A stretch of DNA of 64,000 bases, taken from NCBI GenBank assembly GCA_002633005.1, contig NMRA01000394.1:186001-250000 (forward strand). The letters are read 5' to 3'. Position 1 is the first letter of the stretch; each line of letters begins with the position of its first letter. The stretch comes from Phoronis australis. Lineage: Eukaryota; Animalia; Phoronida. Below the pieces are notes generated by a model that worked only from the letters and a program-made list of their open reading frames with translations, made no database searches and was not told the DNA's origin. A program made the translations under genes and the position numbers. This document shows, in pieces, positions 60,201 to 64,000 of this stretch.

Positions 60201-63200
60201 AAGCATTATCTTGGCTGACTGAGTACATGACGTCATAAGGTAAAAACTGAGATCAGAAGATGGCAGACGATTTGAGTCGTCGTTGCTAGAGAAAGGTAAA
60301 AAGAGGCAAAATACAACTGTGAGACCGTTCTCGGTTTCCTAAACTTGTGAAGGGGATTTGATTTGGCTAGTTCTAACACAATAAACAAGAATTTCCCTCC
60401 CATTCTTTCGGTTTATGTCCAGGCCTTCATCTATGTTTAAGAGCTGAGTATTGGCTAATACAAATCATACCTTATCATTCCAAGATTTGAGTATTGGTTT
60501 GATTTCCACCTTAGTACATGTAGGTGTGTCGCACTGTATAGATTGTTGAAATACTCAAAATCTTAGTAATTCTCGATTTTCGGAGCAGTACTAAGGAAAG
60601 CGTGACCACCAATGATTAGTGAGAAATGTATCGAGTCATTTTGCAAGAACTACTAGAAAATCGTTACCTAACTACCTAGTTAAAATAGTCAAACATTACA
60701 GAACCTTGACTCCACGCCTTGATACCTACATGTAGAGTAACATAGCTATTCACTGCCGGCAAATTTTCTAAAATTGTAATCTTTAACTGAATATCATTTG
60801 ATTTAAAAAGCCTGTTACACTTCATTCCCTCCAAGAGGCACGTTTATGTAGGTGCGTGTGTCGGCTTGCTTACGGAATCAACACGTACCCAAAATCGTGA
60901 GTTATGGGGATGATCGGGGGCTTTTCCAAAAATACGTAAAGAAATTCTGCATCGCGTGTATTTTTTATATTTGCATTTGTATATGCAAAAATCAACGAAA
61001 GTTCGAGTATTAGACGCAGTGGAGTACTTTTCGTTCTTGTACACTTTATCAGTTTGTCTGCACAGGAATGCGAAATTGGACTTCAAAGTATGTTGCATGC
61101 TTCTAATTCACTGGGCGGGCATTAAAATTCAAAGCGAGGCTCACTGCGATAAGTAAACAGAGCGGAAGTTGACGTTGCGTGAGTTAAAATGGCTGGTCTT
61201 TCGAGTCCAACCTGGATATTAAATCTTAAAAATGGGTCAATAATTAACCGCAGAGACGTAGAGAAATGCATCGGAGAACAAGTCAATGAACCAAAGAGGT
61301 GTCTGACGAAAGGATATTTTTTTCGGAAAACTTGGTTCGAAACATGAAAAGTATAAATTACGGCGATCGTATTACAAGATTAGGTATATGATGAATGCGG
61401 GATTACGTTTCTTCTTGTAAATTGTTGATAAACATGCTTTCTACACAAACCAGGTCATCTGGTCGTATTTTTGACAAGCTGAAGGTATATTTGACAGCGG
61501 TGGTTCATCACATTTTGCTGTTATGTGCAAGTCACATCTGTTTAATTTGTTGATTAAGAATATTAACATCAAGCATAGCCAAGGTCCTGCAGAGTTGGGG
61601 ACTACCGGGACTAACAACTGAGTTGTCTTTAACCTGCAAGAATGACTGGTGTTATAACTATTATTTTTAGTAAAATATAAACTAGGCTGGTAATTGAAGC
61701 TAAAATTTATTTGACTATTTGGTTTTAATAATTCTTACATCTATTTCATGTGTTCGGTTTCAAATATCAATCTGGACCAAGATGAATTTTAAAATTAAAA
61801 CACCTAGTTTGTTCGTTCAAAGCGTGACCTGAAAAAATAACCCATCTCGTTTTAGAGCTCAATTTTAATTACCTGGATAGAACAAACATAATTATCACGT
61901 TCCTTCAGAGGCCTCGTTCATCCGGAGGGAAAGGTGCCTGTGCCTTCTGAGACGGGAATTTTTCGCCAAATGAGGAGGAAATTCTACCTCCCGATCACCA
62001 TCAGTAGCACCCCCGCCCTTTTGCAAGCTCTGTCTCAAGTAGCATTTTGTGCTCTTTCAAATTGTCACCCGTGTAGTTACGTGATTTGAACTTCGGGGGG
62101 AAATTTTCAATCACTGTAGGAGAATTTGTAGGCCTCGTGAGGGGAATTTCGCGTGATTTTTCAATAATTTTGATAGGAGAGTAGGGCCGATATTCGGCCC
62201 CAAAATCGAGGAATTGTGGCTGTCCTTTTTGAAAACAAATGCATCATGTTTCAGCCCTTAGTCATGAAAGCACAGCCTGGCTGGACGAAGATTCACCTGT
62301 CGTTGCCATGCTCGACAACCGAGATGCGACAAAATGTGATAAAATTTTCGAAAACATTTATAAATTTTACCTGGAAATATTTTCTTCGGCGCGGCGTATG
62401 GCAACGACCCACAATGCTTTCGAATCTCAACGTCTTTAGGGATTGTAAAAAAGACAGTTGAATGTCCGTAATTTTTTATCGCCATTTGAACAACGGTGAA
62501 CACAACTAAGCCGATTAGCCATTGTAGCTGTAGTAGTGAGCATCGTTTTGGAGTGCACTTCTTGTCTACGTGAATTAGCTGTATAAATATGGGGCAATGA
62601 GTACGTTCTCGCACTAAAAATAGAAATAAAGCCAGAGTATTAATGATTTACCAACCAAATCTGTGTCTCGATAATACGTGCATCATCTCACAGCGTTACA
62701 CGGTATATCCGCTTCGTCTCGACCTCAGCCACCAGCCCCAGTACCACGAGCACCACAGGGTCGAAATTAAATGTAGTAGGATGCCCAGTCACTTTCAGTT
62801 TTTCTTAATACTAAATAGCTCAATATACAATACCATATGTATGTCAGGTCGGCAGACATCCACGACGGGTAGTGAAATTTTGGAGTTGTTAACGCTCGTA
62901 GTAGTGAACATTCGAGTAATGAACTTTCGACGTTATAACTTGGCTCGATCATTTAACAATTACCGCCGGTAGATCATTCTGCGGCAGTTACCAGAGAACC
63001 GCTGATAACGTTTAAAGGAGATGGTCCTATTGATAACGAATTAAGACTGGACGTTTTACGAGATAGGCATGTTTTTCAGATTTAAATTGTCAGTTTCTAG
63101 TTTCATGAATTGAGGCAACCTTGTTTTCTTTCTTAGTTCTTTTGAAAAGTGACTCCGGTTACAATCACACTCAAACGCACATTTTGATAATAACAATATA

Positions 63201-64000
63201 CGCTCACTAAACACTAGAAAATGTATGTAACTTACCGCAATGCGACACTGCTTCTAATCTCGCGATGGCGGTTCAACTATGACGCCATTAAATATCAACT
63301 TCGACATTGCAATGTACGAGAAAGAATGGCTTCATTATTCTATGTCAGAAATAGGGAACTGCTGAATTAGAGGCCAATAGCGCCTTCTGTCAGTGGGGTT
63401 TTCCTTTCAGTCTTTGGGGATCACCTCCAACAAAACTGGCTTGTATAGCTGCTCTTCAGATACAGCATTTGTCAGCAGACGGCAGAGCAAACAAAGTTGG
63501 TGAAATGTATTCCAGCTGTTGTATAGCTTCTTAATTGATAATTGATATTATTTGAATTATCTTATGAACAATAGCCAAACTACCTTATTTGGAAGATGAT
63601 TAATTCAAACTGCTCGAGCATCTAGTTTTCCGTGGGTCTTTGTTGGAAATTAACTCATCATTCTGCTTTCTGACAACTGGGAAAGTTACAAAAGCAAGAC
63701 GATACGCCGTAATGCCTTTACACTGGCGACGCCAAACTGCGCACATTTCCACATCAACGAGAAACTTTCGAACCTTGCTCCAAGTCAACAAATATGCAAT
63801 CGCTTTTTTGCAAAATGCATTTCAATGGGAACGTGCGCTGATGTTCGTCGTGCGAAATGACGTAATTTCGCACAAGGGCATTGGACATCGTTCCAGTTAA
63901 TCAAAAAAGTGGAAATAAACTCATAGTTTTACAAACAAATTACATGCTCTAAAGCATGAGTTGTAGTCTGTTATGACAACAGCATTCACATCAATAATTA

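Noticed and set aside
57300-64000. Short ORFs in the last 7 kb (58281, 60844, 62216-62972, 63640)
   Set aside because: No recognisable domain or consistent exon chain, and lengths are as expected by chance with alternative start codons.

Overview
AT-rich, repeat-dense animal genomic DNA, most likely from a marine invertebrate bilaterian (inference), with two small assembly gaps (11790-11793, 35321-35323). The only well-supported protein-coding gene is a spliced, minus-strand nicotinic acetylcholine receptor alpha subunit (alpha7/alpha9/alpha10-like). Five consecutive, phase-compatible exons (21650-21511, 13853-13809, 12318-12209, 9391-9119, 4551-4286) encode the ligand-binding domain, M1 and M2. 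The M3/M4 exons were not found and presumably lie left of the window, and the signal-peptide exon is unresolved. A clean signal-peptide first exon sits on the plus strand at 48606-48675. The rest is transposon debris: a decayed Tc1/mariner (DD37D/maT-like) transposase, several MITE families (TA, TTAA, 5-bp and ~10-bp target duplications), a tRNA-derived SINE, foldback and hairpin elements, and a 21-bp coding-like minisatellite. The most striking signal is at least 28 copies of the octamer TACATGTA. Copy-to-copy comparisons inside the window show several of them are 6-bp CATGTA insertions at TA sites, consistent with Tc1/mariner-type excision footprints. Most entries in the ORF track are chance ORFs.
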